Source: Yuukianura sp. NJ FZ-2021
Lineage: Eukaryota
Reading direction: 5' to 3'
Assembly (NCBI GenBank): GCA_046563655.1
Contig: CM102289.1
Location: forward strand, 5,208,001-5,272,000
Length of the DNA: 64,000 nucleotides
Below are positions 28,879-42,460 of the stretch, piece after piece. Position 1 is the first letter of the stretch; each line of letters opens with the position of its first letter. Made by a program: the position numbers and the translations under genes. Below the pieces are notes generated by a model. That model worked only from the letters and a program-made list of their open reading frames with translations. It ran no database searches and was not told the DNA's origin.

Positions 28879-29653
28879 CAGAGGGGCAAAACATATTTTT
28901 TTACATATTACATATTTTTATATTTTTAAAAAATATTTCGCGAAAAAAAATATAAAAAATATTTAGCAAAATATTCGCCGAATTTGACAAAAATGAGGTA
29001 TTTTCGGCGAATTTTGGACGATTTTATGGCATTTTTCACACCAATTTTCGCCTATCGACGATTGCGTAGACTAATGTCAAGGCATTTGACGTAAGATTTT
29101 CCAAAATCAGCACTCCATGGTATGAAGGGATATGAGTAGCAAAATTATTTTACAATTTCGAGCTTTTGAAGCAGTTCCTTAAATTAAAGATCACCCTTTT
29201 CGCGTATTACATAATGTACTTTAATGCGCGAAAAAAATTTTTATTTGCAATAACTTATTTCAGTAAAATTTTAAACGCGCGAAATCGCCTAAAGCGTACA
29301 GAAAAATTGATCGTACGCGTAAAAAACCCTACGCTTAAACAAATTTACGCTTAAAAGCCAATTGCAGAAAAAACCTAAGCGAAAAATGGTTCAGTGTACG
29401 CTTGCACTAATGTTCGAAGGGCACGGGTAACCTAATGTACGCGTAAAACCCTCTCAATAGACATTTCTCAACGTTTCCAATAGGAATAGGTGTTCCTAAT
29501 ACTCACATCCAGGGTACAGTTGGGTAGTAATTTCCAGGAAATAGTGAAATATATCGTAAAATAAAAAATATGTTAGTAAATATTTCACTGATTTTTAGTA
29601 CATATTTAAATACATATTTCACTAGTTTTAACAACATATTTTTTGCCCCTCTG
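28879..29653. mobile_element. Non-autonomous DNA transposon, 8-bp TSD (hAT- or P-superfamily)
   Basis: Perfect TSD TTCATGAG (28871-28878 and 29654-29661). TIR CAGAGGGGCAAAA / TTTTGCCCCTCTG. Subterminal ACATATTT repeats. No transposase ORF. Confidence 0.9.
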
Positions 29654-30333
29654 TTCATGAGAGTCACTGTGTATGAAAATGTGAAAAAAAATTATATTTA
29701 AAGGCTTCTGAAACTGACTTGATGAGTCAGTTCTCTTTGAATAAAAATTTTTCCATTTTGATTGAATAAACTAGTAAACTAAAAACTTTGAATCCATCCA
29801 GAATTGAAACCTAACAACAGCTAATAAAATAAAATAAAATTATAAAATCTTACAATCAGTTAGGTTTTAAAATAATTAATATAACTTAAGAGATATTTAT
29901 ATATTTTAAAAGCTTTGTTTAATCGGCTTTGCATTTGAGAACCTTGAGTACCGCTCCTTTGTTAAACGAAAGAAGATTTGGACTCGTTCCAACAAAATCC
30001 CATTTTGCTATGGCTTCCATTTGTTTTGAGAAGAAGGGAAAATTAATTAGCTGCAGTCAATTAAATTTTAGCTTACAAATTACCTAAACAAATCTAAGTA
30101 TCAACTGTAAACTACTTTAAACTTAATTCAAAAATTAGAAATGTGGAAGGCATAACACGGAAATGTTGCAGCGGATGTGGCTCAACCGCACATTGCTATT
30201 CTACCAATATTTTGCGAAAATCGCAAAGTAGTATCAAAATAACAAAAACGAGAGAAATTGTTTTGCTAAAAGTTAATTTACAAATTCATAAACGTTTCCA
30301 AAAATTAACAAAGTAACACTAGAGAGCTAAAAG

Positions 30334-31450
30334 CTAGTTACAAAATACTTGGAGAACTTTTCCTGGCGGATTTTCTTTGTGTTCCTTCGTCCTGAGATGG
30401 ATGCTGAGTTGAATCCTTCCACGAAGTTCGCGCTTGCATGATTCACATCTATAGAGTTGGTGACTGCGCATGTGCTCTTCGAGTACTGCGTAACTTGAGA
30501 ATGGCGGTCGACTGCTACACTCTTTTTCTCGGCAGTAGGGTTGACGTAACTTTTCAATTTCAGAGTGGCGTCCATACTTGAGATGTGTTCCTGCAAGGCC
30601 AAAGTGAGGTCAAATGTTAACCTTAAACAATTGGATTTGATTAGACTTACTGAGCAACGGGGGTTTAGGTGCAACAGAAATCATTCTGCGGCGTTTGAGT
30701 ACGGACTGATTTGCACTGGAAGTAGGTTGCAATTTTTTGTTAGAAATCTGACGACAGCTCAGTGAAATTTTTCCGCGCCCAAGTGATGGTGACCTTGGTT
30801 TCTTTGATTTCTTGTGATTTGATTGGTTAGTGGAGCTGGAAACTGCAGTGGCGTCACCGGTTGATGTATGAACTGGAGGTATTATGTTAGACGCTGGAAC
30901 TTCAGCGACTAAATTCGGAACTGGAGCAGCATCGGGCGATTTTGGATCGTTTTGAGTAGGCTCTATTGTGGCAGTGCTTTCAGCTTCAGTGCTTCCAAAT
31001 ATTTTTACAGGTGATTCTCTACCTACGACAAAAATTAAAATGTCAAGAACTTGCGTCACCGTTTTTTTAAAACGAGTTGTAGTTTTGCTTACTTGGTAAC
31101 TTTTCACAAAACTGGTTAACCGCACTGTCAGTCTCATCTTCACTTTCGAGATTGTTGAGTAGCGTCTTAGCAATCTTGAGTCGTACTTCAGTCACTTGTT
31201 TTTCAATCGACGCAAGACTTCTGAGCAGCATCACTGCGTCATTTACATTGTCGTAACAGGAATTGCAGTAACTAGAGTTGAGGAGCATTGGAGTAAACAC
31301 AGTAGGCTCCAAGTAGAGCAACTGACAAAGTGCAGAAGAACTGTCCTTGGACCACTTCTTGTCCAATGACCCTTGACACGGCAGCTTCTCTACTGGTTGG
31401 TGGCACAAAAAACACAGAGGCGAAGCGTACGTGAACATGGATGAGGTCAT
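30334..31450 (-). CDS. ZAD-like (CxxC...CxxC) plus two C2H2 zinc-finger transcription factor
   Basis: Exons 31450-31093, 31022-30651, 30590-30334, joined by two phase-1 GT-AG introns. N-terminal CFLC...CNSC plus helix, then a low-complexity linker. The last exon, in a frame absent from the ORF track, reads YCREKECSSRPPFSSYAVLEEHMRSH and YRCESCKRELRGRIQLSIHLRTKEH, ending at TAG 30336-30334. Confidence 0.85.
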
Positions 31451-32365
31451 CGTGTCACTGTCGAGTCTTTAGAAATTGACAACTTGATGTTTATATGCCT
31501 TCACATTTTCAGTTCTAAAGTTTAAAAAAAGTAACTTACGAAACTTTTGTTTGTGAGATGTCAGATAAGATGTAACCTACATTTAGAAATTCAAAACTTT
31601 GACGGAAAAGTTTTTTTGTCGAAAAGACAAACACAGAAATGTCAATGTCTGAAACCCTTCTGAAATTCCAAGTCCCTCAAAATCAGTCCCCTTGAGGTAT
31701 GATGGTCCCTTGAAGGGCTCCGGAACATAACAAAGTCTCCGACTAAATCCGAATACACTCCAGTTTCACATGAGCACGTAACTTGTCATGCTGCTGAGAG
31801 TGATCTAAAAGAACTGAGATGTCCAAGATGCAAAGCCACAGACAGGAAACAGTATAAAATTACAGCAAAAAAACAGACGACTAAAATTAAACGCCTTTTA
31901 TAGTCTTTGGGTTTGACCTTGAACCAAATCGGTTCATTCGCTTGAATCATTTTTACAGGCGTCTTTATTGTTGACTGAGCATTCAGAAGTTTAATACTGG
32001 CCGATTAAATTTCTTTTTATAGACTGTCGTAAAATGTTAACTTTTACAGGTTTTTCAAAGAATCTCATTTGTATTATTAAGCTGCCACGTAGGCTTCAAG
32101 CAATTTGACCTAAAAGGTTAATAAACTCAATCAATAACTTACTAAAAGCAAAAAGTTATAGTCTAAAAGTCTAACATTTGAGAATTAAATTCTCGACTAG
32201 ATTTGAATTCCTAGAACTGACTAATGGTCCAAAGGAAGCATAAAGCTCAAAGCGTTTAAGATTTTCTGGAGATTCAAAACTCTACAGGAAGAGTTTCTAA
32301 GATTTTTAAGAGTTCATTTTTTTTAAAGATTAGGTTAAATTAAAATTAAACTTAAATTTTGAAAG

Positions 32366-35300
32366 TTATTTGGAGTTGATGTACTCTCGAATCAAGTAGG
32401 AGATGGAGTAGCTCTCAGAAGTGTTTAAAATGATCTTGACTCCTTTAGCTTCACTGCGCACGATCAGCATCAAGTAGTTGGTCGTTGGGATGTAGTTGAG
32501 AAGATCAGAAAAGTTGTAATTTGCAATTACATTTTTAGTACGTTCCTCCAAAAGAAAAATTCCAGTTTCATCGACAATTAGCCAGAGGTTTCGTGGCCAT
32601 GAAGGTGTGAATGATTGCTTAAAAAGATTAATTAAAATAGAATTATGTTTAATTAATATAAATTATAAATTATTTAATCAATTGAATTATATAGAATTTA
32701 CGTACCACAACTGAAAACAGACTGCCTCTGTAGAGTGGCCATGAAGTGAGTAGGTTGAAGATGCTTTTGTATGAATCTTCTGCTTGACTTCCCACTAGAC
32801 TTTGATGGTAGTATGACACTCGTTCGTAGGAAATGTTCACGGACAAATTGGTTGGAAAATATTTGCTCAAAATACTGCAGTAGTCTGGAAATTCGCCTGG
32901 ATCCATTTGCTCGTAGTTTCCGAGATGAATTTGAGACAACAGAGCAATCAAAATTTCCTTGAAACAAAAATGAAAGAAAAAAAAATTTTAACCTTTTTAG
33001 TTTTGTGCAAATTTTTCTTTGAAAATCGACATACTCCTTCGTTGGTGTTGATTGGATACTTGTTGGTTTTGATATTGAACAGAAGTTGTTGCAGTAGAAG
33101 TTCCTTCTCAATTGGGTTGTTCAAGTTCAAGTGCTTCGTTAGGTACTTTTTGAAAACCAATTTGTATTTTGGCGCCGTTTGGCCATTTCCGCGTGCAGGA
33201 CTTCCAGCACCTTCCCAGCGACTCAAAACGTCGACGATTGTTGTCGCTGGAACCAAATAGCTTTCGCAGTAGCTTCCATTCAAAGTACTCGTTTCATAAA
33301 TTCCATAACCTTTATTAAATCCGGAAAGTTAAAGTTGGGTTCAGTGACCTTTTAAAATTAAAATCAAGTGAGGTCATTTACCTCTGCAGTCCAAACCATT
33401 GAGTCCAACGTAGTTAAAGATGACACCGAGAACGTCTTGGACTGTGTCGTAGTGATTGGCAAGGTCCACCGTGTAGTAGTTGTTGTTCAAAAGATAAATT
33501 TTGACACTAATGGGTTTGAAGTGTATCAAAAAACTGATTTCGGTTGAACTCGGAATGAATTTCCGAACGGCTTTGGTCACCTTGTTGTAACTGTTTGTGT
33601 TTTGAAGCGACTAGACAAGTGAAAATTTATAAAATTTCAAAAATTATTAAAAATGAAATTTTGATTTTTTGTTAAAGTGTTAGTACCTTCATGACAATTT
33701 TGGCATAATCTCCAACCACAGTGACTCCGTCCATCGCAAAATACTTGAGATGCGTTAGAAGGTAGTTCATAATCAGTTTGTTCGTGGGCAACAAGTAGTT
33801 TGCCAGCAAGTTAAGCAATGCCCATGTCCTACGCGTCAGTGCAGAGTTGGGCATCACCGAATTCGTTTGTTTGATCAGTTGAAGGTAAACTTCGTTCAGT
33901 AAGTTGTTGTTGGCCAATCGAATCAAAAATGGTTTCAGAGGTCCATCGCCCTGTGTATAACTGAGGATAAATTTAAACGTTTCCAATGCTGCCGCCTCTT
34001 CTGATTGGTTCAATTTCAAGAGACTGTGAGCAAGAGCCGTTTTGGAGTACGTGAAGTAAGCAGAGAACTGTTTCCGGTTCTTTGATTTGAGTGTGTTGGT
34101 TCCCTTGTCGAAATTTAAGTAGTTGTTGGCTATGAGCAAGTTTCGAGCGTCGACGAGATTGCGCAGAAGCTTTGATCTGTGTCCATTGGTGATGAGGGGG
34201 TGACTAAATTTGGCTTCGGTTCGCTTTAGTTTTGGGTAGTAGCTAGTAATTAGTGTAAAAATGTCATCAGTAAATTTAGTTTTGAAAACGAATTTGGTGG
34301 CGGGAAGGTTGATGACGAGAGACTCGTCTTGAATTTGGAGCGTTTGAATTTCTTCATAGGCAATGGAGTTTAGCACCGTCATGTCCTGTTGAATGAGCAG
34401 AAGTTGAGTGGCGTTGATCCCAAGTAGCAAATGTGGATCTGTTCAAACATGGTAATAATTTTTCAAAAATCTTATCATTTTGTGATTCTTTTTAAATATT
34501 TTTTTTACCGTAATCTCTATATCCGTAGTAGCTCAAATTAAATAAAGTTGTTCCATAAAAGTTTAGTTTTCGGACGCAGTTCAAGTACCGAAGTTGGAGC
34601 GAGAATTTATTTTCGTTCAGTTGGGACACTTGATAGTGCGAATCTTCAAGCAGTGGTGTCTATGTAAAAAAAAATTTTTTTTTAAATTAAATTTTCAAAA
34701 TTTGAATTGAAAATAATTACCCATTGTTCCGTAGATTTGAGTTTGAGGAGACGTGGTGGCAGCGTGTCTTCCATTCTGAACTCTTCGTCTGGTTTGTAGT
34801 TTCCGAGTAGAACTTGGAGCTGGATTCCAGCGAGTGCCACGCCCACTTTCTCAGAAACTGTGTACTTGTCCAATCGGATGACTTCGTGGATACACTGGAG
34901 ATAGTTGAGGTTGATCTCGAGCGGATGCGTAGGAGAGGGGAGAATTGCTTTGAACAGACGCTTCTTCAATACCAACTTTTTACGGGGATTCAGAAGCAAC
35001 AGATTGGGTGGGGTCGTTTGCGATGTAATTTCATTCGATCTAGAAGAAAGTAGAATCGAAACTTTCAAAATCTGAATTTCAAAAAAGTGTTTCAGTTTTG
35101 GTTAACTGACCTCTCCCAGCTAGCAATGAGGTCATAGACATGATCGTATTTCTGAAGGTAGTACATCTCCGTAAGCTCTGAATTTGATTCGTAGATTCCC
35201 CACGTCCCGTCGTTGATAAACTCAGTTTTGAGTAGTAGCGACAATTTGCCTAACAAGCTTCCATACGTATCTGCTGGGTGGATGTTGAGTAGCAAGTAGC

Positions 35301-38300
35301 TGTTGTTTAGCAAGTACAGTTTGATGTGATGGATCAATTGTTGCTGGTTGTGTTGAAAGTAGTACTAGAAAAATTAACGGTTCATTTTTTTCCTACAAAA
35401 TCTAAAAAATTTTGACAAAAAGTTATTGAAAAAAACTTACATTAACTTCAATTAGCGATGGAACAACTTTTCGGTTTCCCCAAATATCAACTGTTGACTT
35501 GAGAAGCGCTGCAATTTGGTTGTGGATTCTGGAGTCTCCAGTGCTTGTTCCCACTTTATTCAAAAAGTGTCCCAGGTACTGAAAAAGCAAAAATTAGACA
35601 AATTTGTAAAATTTTTAAAGAACAACTAATCGAAAGACAAACTTTTTTAAACGCATAGCATGTACATTACCTTTTTCAATTCACTGCTACACTGGAAAAT
35701 TCTCATCACAAATTGAAGGAGGCCAAGTAGCTTGAGCGTTGCGTTTACGTTTGGATTCCCATTGAGTTGGCGCAAAATTTGAATATAAATTTCATCTCTT
35801 AGTTCCTCATGTTCAAGTCCATGTGTTACGAGTGTACGTACAAAGTGCGTGTTTCCAGATCTTGTTGAAGTCAAATATTTTTGTAACTCCTAAACAAAAT
35901 TAATAAAATTTTAGACTAAAAAAGAGCATTTCAAAATTTTAGTACTAACTTTCCAAATGTTGAGAGCCAGTTGAATGTTATCTGGGTCGTAGAGGTAGAT
36001 GTGCGAATTGCTAATTGTGTTACATTTTGAGTATTTGAGCATATCCGATTTCGGTATAAGTTTTGGCTTTTTCTTAAGCGTGTCCATTAAGTTAGATTCA
36101 TAAATGTCATTGAAGTAGTCGTTTGCATAATTAATCAGATCATAGCTGAGTGGTTGTTGCCGTGACGGACTGGACGAGTCGTCAGAGTCAATTTCAATGT
36201 CACCGGGGTTCGAATCCTGGTGATGGTTTCGACCGTTTGTCATTTTCAAACATGGCGGCTGAACCGGTTGCTCCACAAGTACTGTTTCCGGTGGAGGGAG
36301 ATCGGGAACTTTCGGCGGTTCTTCCGGAAGATGTTTAACGATTCCATTTGCAAGTCGAACTGATTCATAAATCGGTTCGTCCGGATTTGAGCCCGATTTG
36401 GTAAGGGGTGGATTTTTGCATGTCGGGGGTGGAGGGGGTGGATAGAAAGTGGGAGGCGGAGGGGGTGGAAGCGTGGGTTCCGGCAGAGTCGGCGGATGTT
36501 TTGGAATAATCTTGCCAGTAATTGCGTGACCCCGGGCAACCTGCTGCTCTGGCAGTACTTCTGGGGGTGGAAGGGGTTCGGATACTTCTGACCCCTCAGA
36601 AGGTGCTGTTGACTGAATTGGAGATTGGATTGTGTTGATGGAGTTCTGTGATCGATCAAAGTCAGAGATGAGACTGTCATTTTCATTGACGCTTGCACTT
36701 TCATCATCATCTTCTTCGTTCATGTCATAGTCATCATCGGTCAGACTAGTAAATGATGAGTTGATTGACGCAGACGTTTTGACAACTTCTTGACGCTTGC
36801 TTATGTCCGGGGATCCCTCTTCGTTGAGTAACAAATCCAGGAGTTCATCAACACTGTTGTAATTGGATCCACTTGTAGAAGAATTTCTGCGTTCTTCCTC
36901 TCTATCACGTAATTCCTTTTCAATTCGTTTCATTTCCTTCATGGATTTAACTACTTCCCGCCCAAACTTTCCACGTAAATGGGATTGAATTATGAGCGCC
37001 GACTTTTTGAGTTTGAGAAAATGAAGCCGCTGTTTGAGACTTCTGTAGTAGCGTTGAATTCTAATGGCAGCTGTAATTTTAACTCGAAATTGGTTTTTGA
37101 CAATATAGGAGCGCCATCTAGCTTGAATTTTAATTGCGGCTTGAAGTAGGAGCCAATTTCTTGCTGACTCCAGTCGCGTATGAAGATCGTTTCGTAAAAA
37201 TATTCTGGATGTTCCTAACTGGAAGTCTTCGGGTCTCGAAAACTTTTGACTTCCTTCACTTACTTTGGCAATAATTGTACTGCAAGGTCAAAAAAAAAGT
37301 TTCAGTATTCAGTGTTGTTTTTTGTTTTTGAAAATTTGAAAATTTTTTAGGAAAAAACATTTTGACTTACTCAATACTAGTGACATTTCCTTTTGATTTG
37401 ACTAGAATTTTGTACTTGTTTGTGAATTCTGAAAATCCATAATTGACTGGATACCCCATTTGCTTGATTTTTACTAAATCTACGATTCCAAGGTAGTTCA
37501 GTTGCTCCAAAATGTAATTCGCGTCGTAGTTGTTTGGCGTTTTGGTGAAGTTTGGTTTTAGACATCGGATGTACCTAAAATTTAGAAAAAATTGGAATTC
37601 CAAATTTTTGATCTTCGACATTTTTTGTGGAAATTGATTGATCGAATTTTACCATGGTTCAGATGATTGGAGTACACTCATGAGACTGCTCAGTTCTTGT
37701 CTGAAGTCTTCGATAAGCGTTGACTTGTATTTGAGTGTGGCCGTTGTAACTTTATCGTTACAACTGATGATGCATTTGATCATGTCATTATCAAGTAAGT
37801 AATTGTGGAAACCATCTTGCACCAAATGGCGGTTTTTGTTAACGAAGCCATCAACTGTGTATGTTACGGCTCCTGCGTAATGAACTACGTTAAACTGTTC
37901 TTTCCAAAAACGACGATCATTTGGAAGATTAAAGGAAGCGTGATTTGAGTGTTCCGTAGTTAAATTTTGTAAAAATGAACCATCGGATCCCTGTTTTTAG
38001 AAAATTTAAGAATTAAAACCCAGAATTTTTGAAATTAGAAAGCTACAAAACTCACTTTTGGTAAATGGCATTGCTCGCTGAGTAATTTGAGTAAACTGCG
38101 TGGCGTCCTTTCCAGAAATTCCAGACAAGTTGAATTGTCTACAAAGGAAATGTAGCTGAAATCCAATCCTTCACTTTGGTACTGCAAAAAAATGAAATTC
38201 AAGAGTTTAAAAATTAAAAAAATCGTCCCAAAAGGAAACAGATGCTGCATGTCAAAAATTCTTGAATTCACTTTACCATTTCCTGCTCCATTCTAAAAAT

Positions 38301-40377
38301 GTATTCATTAAAGTATCCTTGCAGTTTTTCATTGCTGTAGTTGATACAAAGTTGCTCAAAAGAATTTTTTGTAAAGTTTTCAAATCCGAAAATGTCCAAA
38401 AGTCCCACAAAAGTTGAGACTCCTTGGATATCTCTGTTGATTCGACTGTTGATGAAGTAGACCAAGTAGTTGAATATCTTCATGTACAAGTACTGACTCA
38501 TTGAGTGTCGGTTGTCTGATGCTTCCATTGGTCGAAATGGAATGTCAGTCACAATTCCACGAATTGTAATTTGGCGCTGAAGAAGTAGCGACTGCAGTGT
38601 ACTCGGGGAAAGTTGCAGCAATTTTCCAATGGTGTTTAAAATTTCAAGTGACTCAGGAGTCAGTCGACTGATCTCCACATCTTCATCGTTTGGCTAAAAA
38701 ATAAGTTTAGCAAAAATGTTTAAAATTGGAAAGATTCGTTTTTGAAATGAACTTTACCATGAATTCCAAATTTCCAAACCAGAGAATGACTGCGAGGAGA
38801 CTGAAAATGGTGTTGATCGAGTCTGGACTGAATTCGAGGACGTTGAGAGACACAAGTAGATGGTTCCAGTTTGTGTGATCAGTTGCATGTGTGGTTCCTG
38901 GAGCTCCTGGAACGAATTGGTTACAGTACTTATACTGGATGGGCTGAAGACCGTACTTTTCTAAACTCGCGCCACTGCTCAACAGTTGGTAGAAAATGTG
39001 GTAGTTTCGTTCGTGTTGGGATTGACCCACGATTCGACTTTTTTCCAACAAGTAGTTAGTGACAACGGCTCCAGTAATTGCGTTGTGTGAAAAGTAAATT
39101 TGAAGGAATTTTCCAAATCGACTTGAATTGTTATTGCGGACAGTCGTAGCATTTCCTGAAATTGTTAGTGTTTTTAGATTTTGAAATTGAAATTTTGTAA
39201 ATAAAGTTGGGTGTGTTTTACCGAAGGCTTCTAGAATGACATTTCCCTCCAGAATTTGTTCTTGAAGCCAGTAGTTTTCATTGGAACTGATTTCGCAGAG
39301 ATACTGAAGAACAAATTTGCTGGTTTCCGTTTTACCAGAACCACTTTCTCCACTGATCAGAATTGACTGTGGAACGGACTCTTCAAAACGATTCGTAAGT
39401 TGTTCATAACATTTTTGAGTTATGGAAAAAATGTGTGGTAAATGATGTGATTTTGACACAATGGGTTGCATTCTCGACGACTCCTTCGCTGGTGTATACT
39501 GATGAATGTAGTCCTTTTCCAAATTTCAAAAAATATCTAATTTTACAATTATTCTTTCCAGAACTTGATTTTTTTTTTCAAAAAAATATATTCTTACGAA
39601 TCCATAAATATCCAATTCCTTGTATGGATTAATAGCCAACAGAATATTGTCAATGTAAGTCTATAAGAATTCCACGCATTATTTCAATTTTCCTAGTAAA
39701 TTTCAAAATGTTAACTTTTTTTTTTGGTAATGGATTTTTACATAAATTGTGTCCTGGTTGTATCTACTCCAGAGATTCTTGTTAATAATTTCAATGTTGA
39801 TGTTGGATATTTTCGTCATATCTGAGACATTCATTTCCATTTCTAGAATAAGAAAAAAAGTTGGAAATTTTGAAAAATGAAAAAATCGTTTCATTCCATT
39901 AACTTTTCTTCCGGGTTTCTCATAATCTATTTCCTACTTCTACGTACTACTTCTCATCTCCTATTGATTATTTTTAGAAGTCAAGAACGGATGGAGGGGG
40001 TAATTCTGTTGCAAGTCATTACGCACTGGAGAACAAAAAATCACCCCTATATCCTATCTACACAAAAAATGTAAAAATGTTCTTCACCCTTTCACATTTG
40101 CTCTACACTCCAAACCACTCTCAAAATCTAATTTAAAATTCATTTACAAAATTTCTTGGAACAAATTTTTATTTAATAAAAATTCAGAAGCTATCCTACC
40201 CTTAGATGCTGACATTTTTCAGAAAATGTTGCAAAACTTTGTATTAAATATTTTAAAATTTAAATTTAAAAACTTTTTGTTGAAAGAGTAAAGTTCCGAG
40301 AAAATTTCAATGAATGTTAAATTGCAAAGCTTACCATTTTCTTGTACTTGCCCGTTGACTTTTTCCTGTTGGCCCAT
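32366..40377 (-). CDS. Unconventional MyTH4-FERM myosin (motor, 3 IQ, Pro-rich linker, MyTH4-FERM-MyTH4-FERM), most consistent with class XXII
   Basis: About 19 exons. P-loop GESGSGKT, switch I NNNSSRFGK, switch II DIFGFE, YIRCLKPN. IQ motifs IQARWRS, IQRYYRS, IQSHLRG (~36960-37140). MyTH4 cores ELRDEIYIQILRQ and LLNEVYLQLIKQT, each followed by a FERM-like region. No SH3 or PH domain recognised. Candidate first exon 40377-40335 (MGQQEKVNGQVQEN) splices in phase to 39842. Stop at 32368-32366. Confidence 0.92.
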
Positions 40378-41630
40378 TTTGAGTTAATTGACCGTAGTTA
40401 GCACTTTAGTTAAACAATTAGGAAATTAAGTAATCACATTGAGTTAAAGCTAATTTGGAAGTGGATACGAATGTGTTGTTGAATCATATGAGTAATTTTG
40501 AGTGACTTGACTATAGGGTCCGGGAGAGGTGGTGAGGGAAGTTGAAGGGAAAGTGGAATGGTGAAAGAAGGACTTTGCTCACAGTCTCCAGCATTACAGT
40601 TAGCTTTGTGTGTGAAAATGTGAAGCTCCGAAAGGGGTCAAACACCCAACCTAGAAATGAAATTCAACTGCGCATGCGTACAGGACTACTTCCAGGAACA
40701 ACACCTCAACTACACAAAAACACTCACTTCCAGCAGGCTTTTTCATGTGGGATCTTGAAATATGTTCCTTGATCTAGCTGATAGTATAAACCTAGAAGTA
40801 ATTTAATTTGTTAAGAAGGTTACTCAAGAATGTTGTGAATTCGGAGATTTAGAAGTGACTGAATGCGAAAATGTTGTAAGAAAAGTGAAGCATGTTGCAT
40901 GAATGCGAGCGTGCTGAGATATGAAATCATTTTGGCAAAGTGACTCACACCTTTGCAGGTCTAATCCGTCCATCATCCGTTTTCTCAAGTAAATCAATGA
41001 AAAAAGGACAAAAAAGTGTCTGGGGCAACATGAAAGCTTGTTTTTGTTTTTCTTACTAAATATTTTGAATTCAACAGTTAGTTACAAGTTGTAACTTACA
41101 ACTTTTCAAAAAAGTAAAGTTGTAAGTTGCCTTGTCTGTTACTTTGTAATTGATGAAGGTCACGCTACAAAAAAAAAGTTTTCTAAAAACGGAACTAGAG
41201 GAAACTCAAATTTGCCTGGCGAATATTTAAAATTTGTAATGTGTCAATGCTTTTCAAAATATTACCGGTACTTTTTTTTATTTATTGTAACGGTTAACTT
41301 TTTTAGTTGTTGCTCCTTAATCTTAATACGTTTCCTTGGCATATATATCCATTCACTACATTCAATACATGTGCTACGCATTCCACGCCCTCTTTATAAT
41401 GAATTTGAAAATGTGCTTGTGACTTGCCTCCGTCGAATCTCAGATACGATGCAACAAACTCACGGGAGGCTCCGCTAAAACTATAATCAGTTTTGCTTGA
41501 AATACGTACATTCTTTCTTTTTTTCTCTAAAATTCTTAGTGAATACATATTTTTTTTTGAGTACTGGTAACACGTTAATGATTTATTTTATATCATTCCG
41601 TAAATTTTGTGATGCCTGCAAAAACAATTA

Positions 41631-41813
41631 AGCCATACATAACCCCCGTCTGCGATGGGGCTGATGTTTCAGTGTAAAGGGTCCTAAATACGTGACAGGC
41701 GGACAAAGTCGTATCAATAGTCTTCTTCAGCACGTCGTAGACATGCGTCTCTAGAAGACTAATATCAACTGTCTTTTTCAGAATGTCGTAGACATGCGTC
41801 TCCAGAAGACTAA
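41631..41813 (-). mobile_element. DINE-1/HINE-like (Helentron-associated) non-autonomous element end, copy 1 with duplicated terminus
   Basis: Inverted TAGTCTTCT...AGAAGACTA encloses the hairpin AGACATGCGTCT, next to a GACA-type motif and abutting a TT on the minus strand. The terminus is repeated at ~41771-41813. Homologous to 42322-42460. Confidence 0.55.
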
Positions 41814-42321
41814 AACATAAAATGTGAAGCAGTTTTCATGTACAGGTGACTTTTATTCGCTGGTAAAGAATGTATTTCAGTCAAACTGAGAACTTAAAAC
41901 CACCTAGTGTTTGCGCTATAACTGTCGATAACACAACGAAGGGTACTACCACGAAGTTTCTCACTTTAACGCCTTATACAACGTGTGAACTAATTTTGAA
42001 GTACAGGAGATTTTTATTCGCTGTTAAGAATGTATTTTAGTGCAATTTTGAGTGGAATTTTGAATCCTACCATTCACTGTTTACATATTGTACATTTCAG
42101 GCGGGAATTGAACCCTCTCATCAGACCCAATTTAGCAGCGGAATTAAACCATTTGCCAGAAAATGACCAGTTCAAAACTTCGTTGTTAAAAAATATTTTT
42201 AGTATAATGCAGACCTAACATAGAAAATTTGAGGGCTTAAGAATCTTCAACGCGATGCAGACACCAACTTTGATGCTGTTAATTTAATTTGAGTGCAATG
42301 TAAGACCTACTAAAACACTAG

Positions 42322-42460
42322 AGCCATAGACAACCCCCGAGTGCGATGGGCCTGATGTTTCAGTGCAAGGAGTGCTAAAAAAAAGTTGACAGACAGATAG
42401 ACAAAGTCGTATCAATAGTTTTTCTCAGCGTCGTAGACGCGCGTCTCCAGAAAACTAAAA
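42322..42460 (-). mobile_element. DINE-1/HINE-like element end, copy 2
   Basis: Diverged copy of 41631-41761 with a GACAGACAGATAGACA microsatellite, TAGTTTTTCT...AGAAAACTA arms and an AGACGCGCGTCT hairpin. Confidence 0.55.

Noticed and set aside
30327..30674. 115-aa minus-strand ORF from the track
   Set aside because: Wrong frame; splice phase shows the real exon is the overlapping C2H2 frame.
36205..36220. GGTTCGAATCC B-box on the plus strand
   Set aside because: Lies within myosin coding sequence (QDSNP); coincidental.
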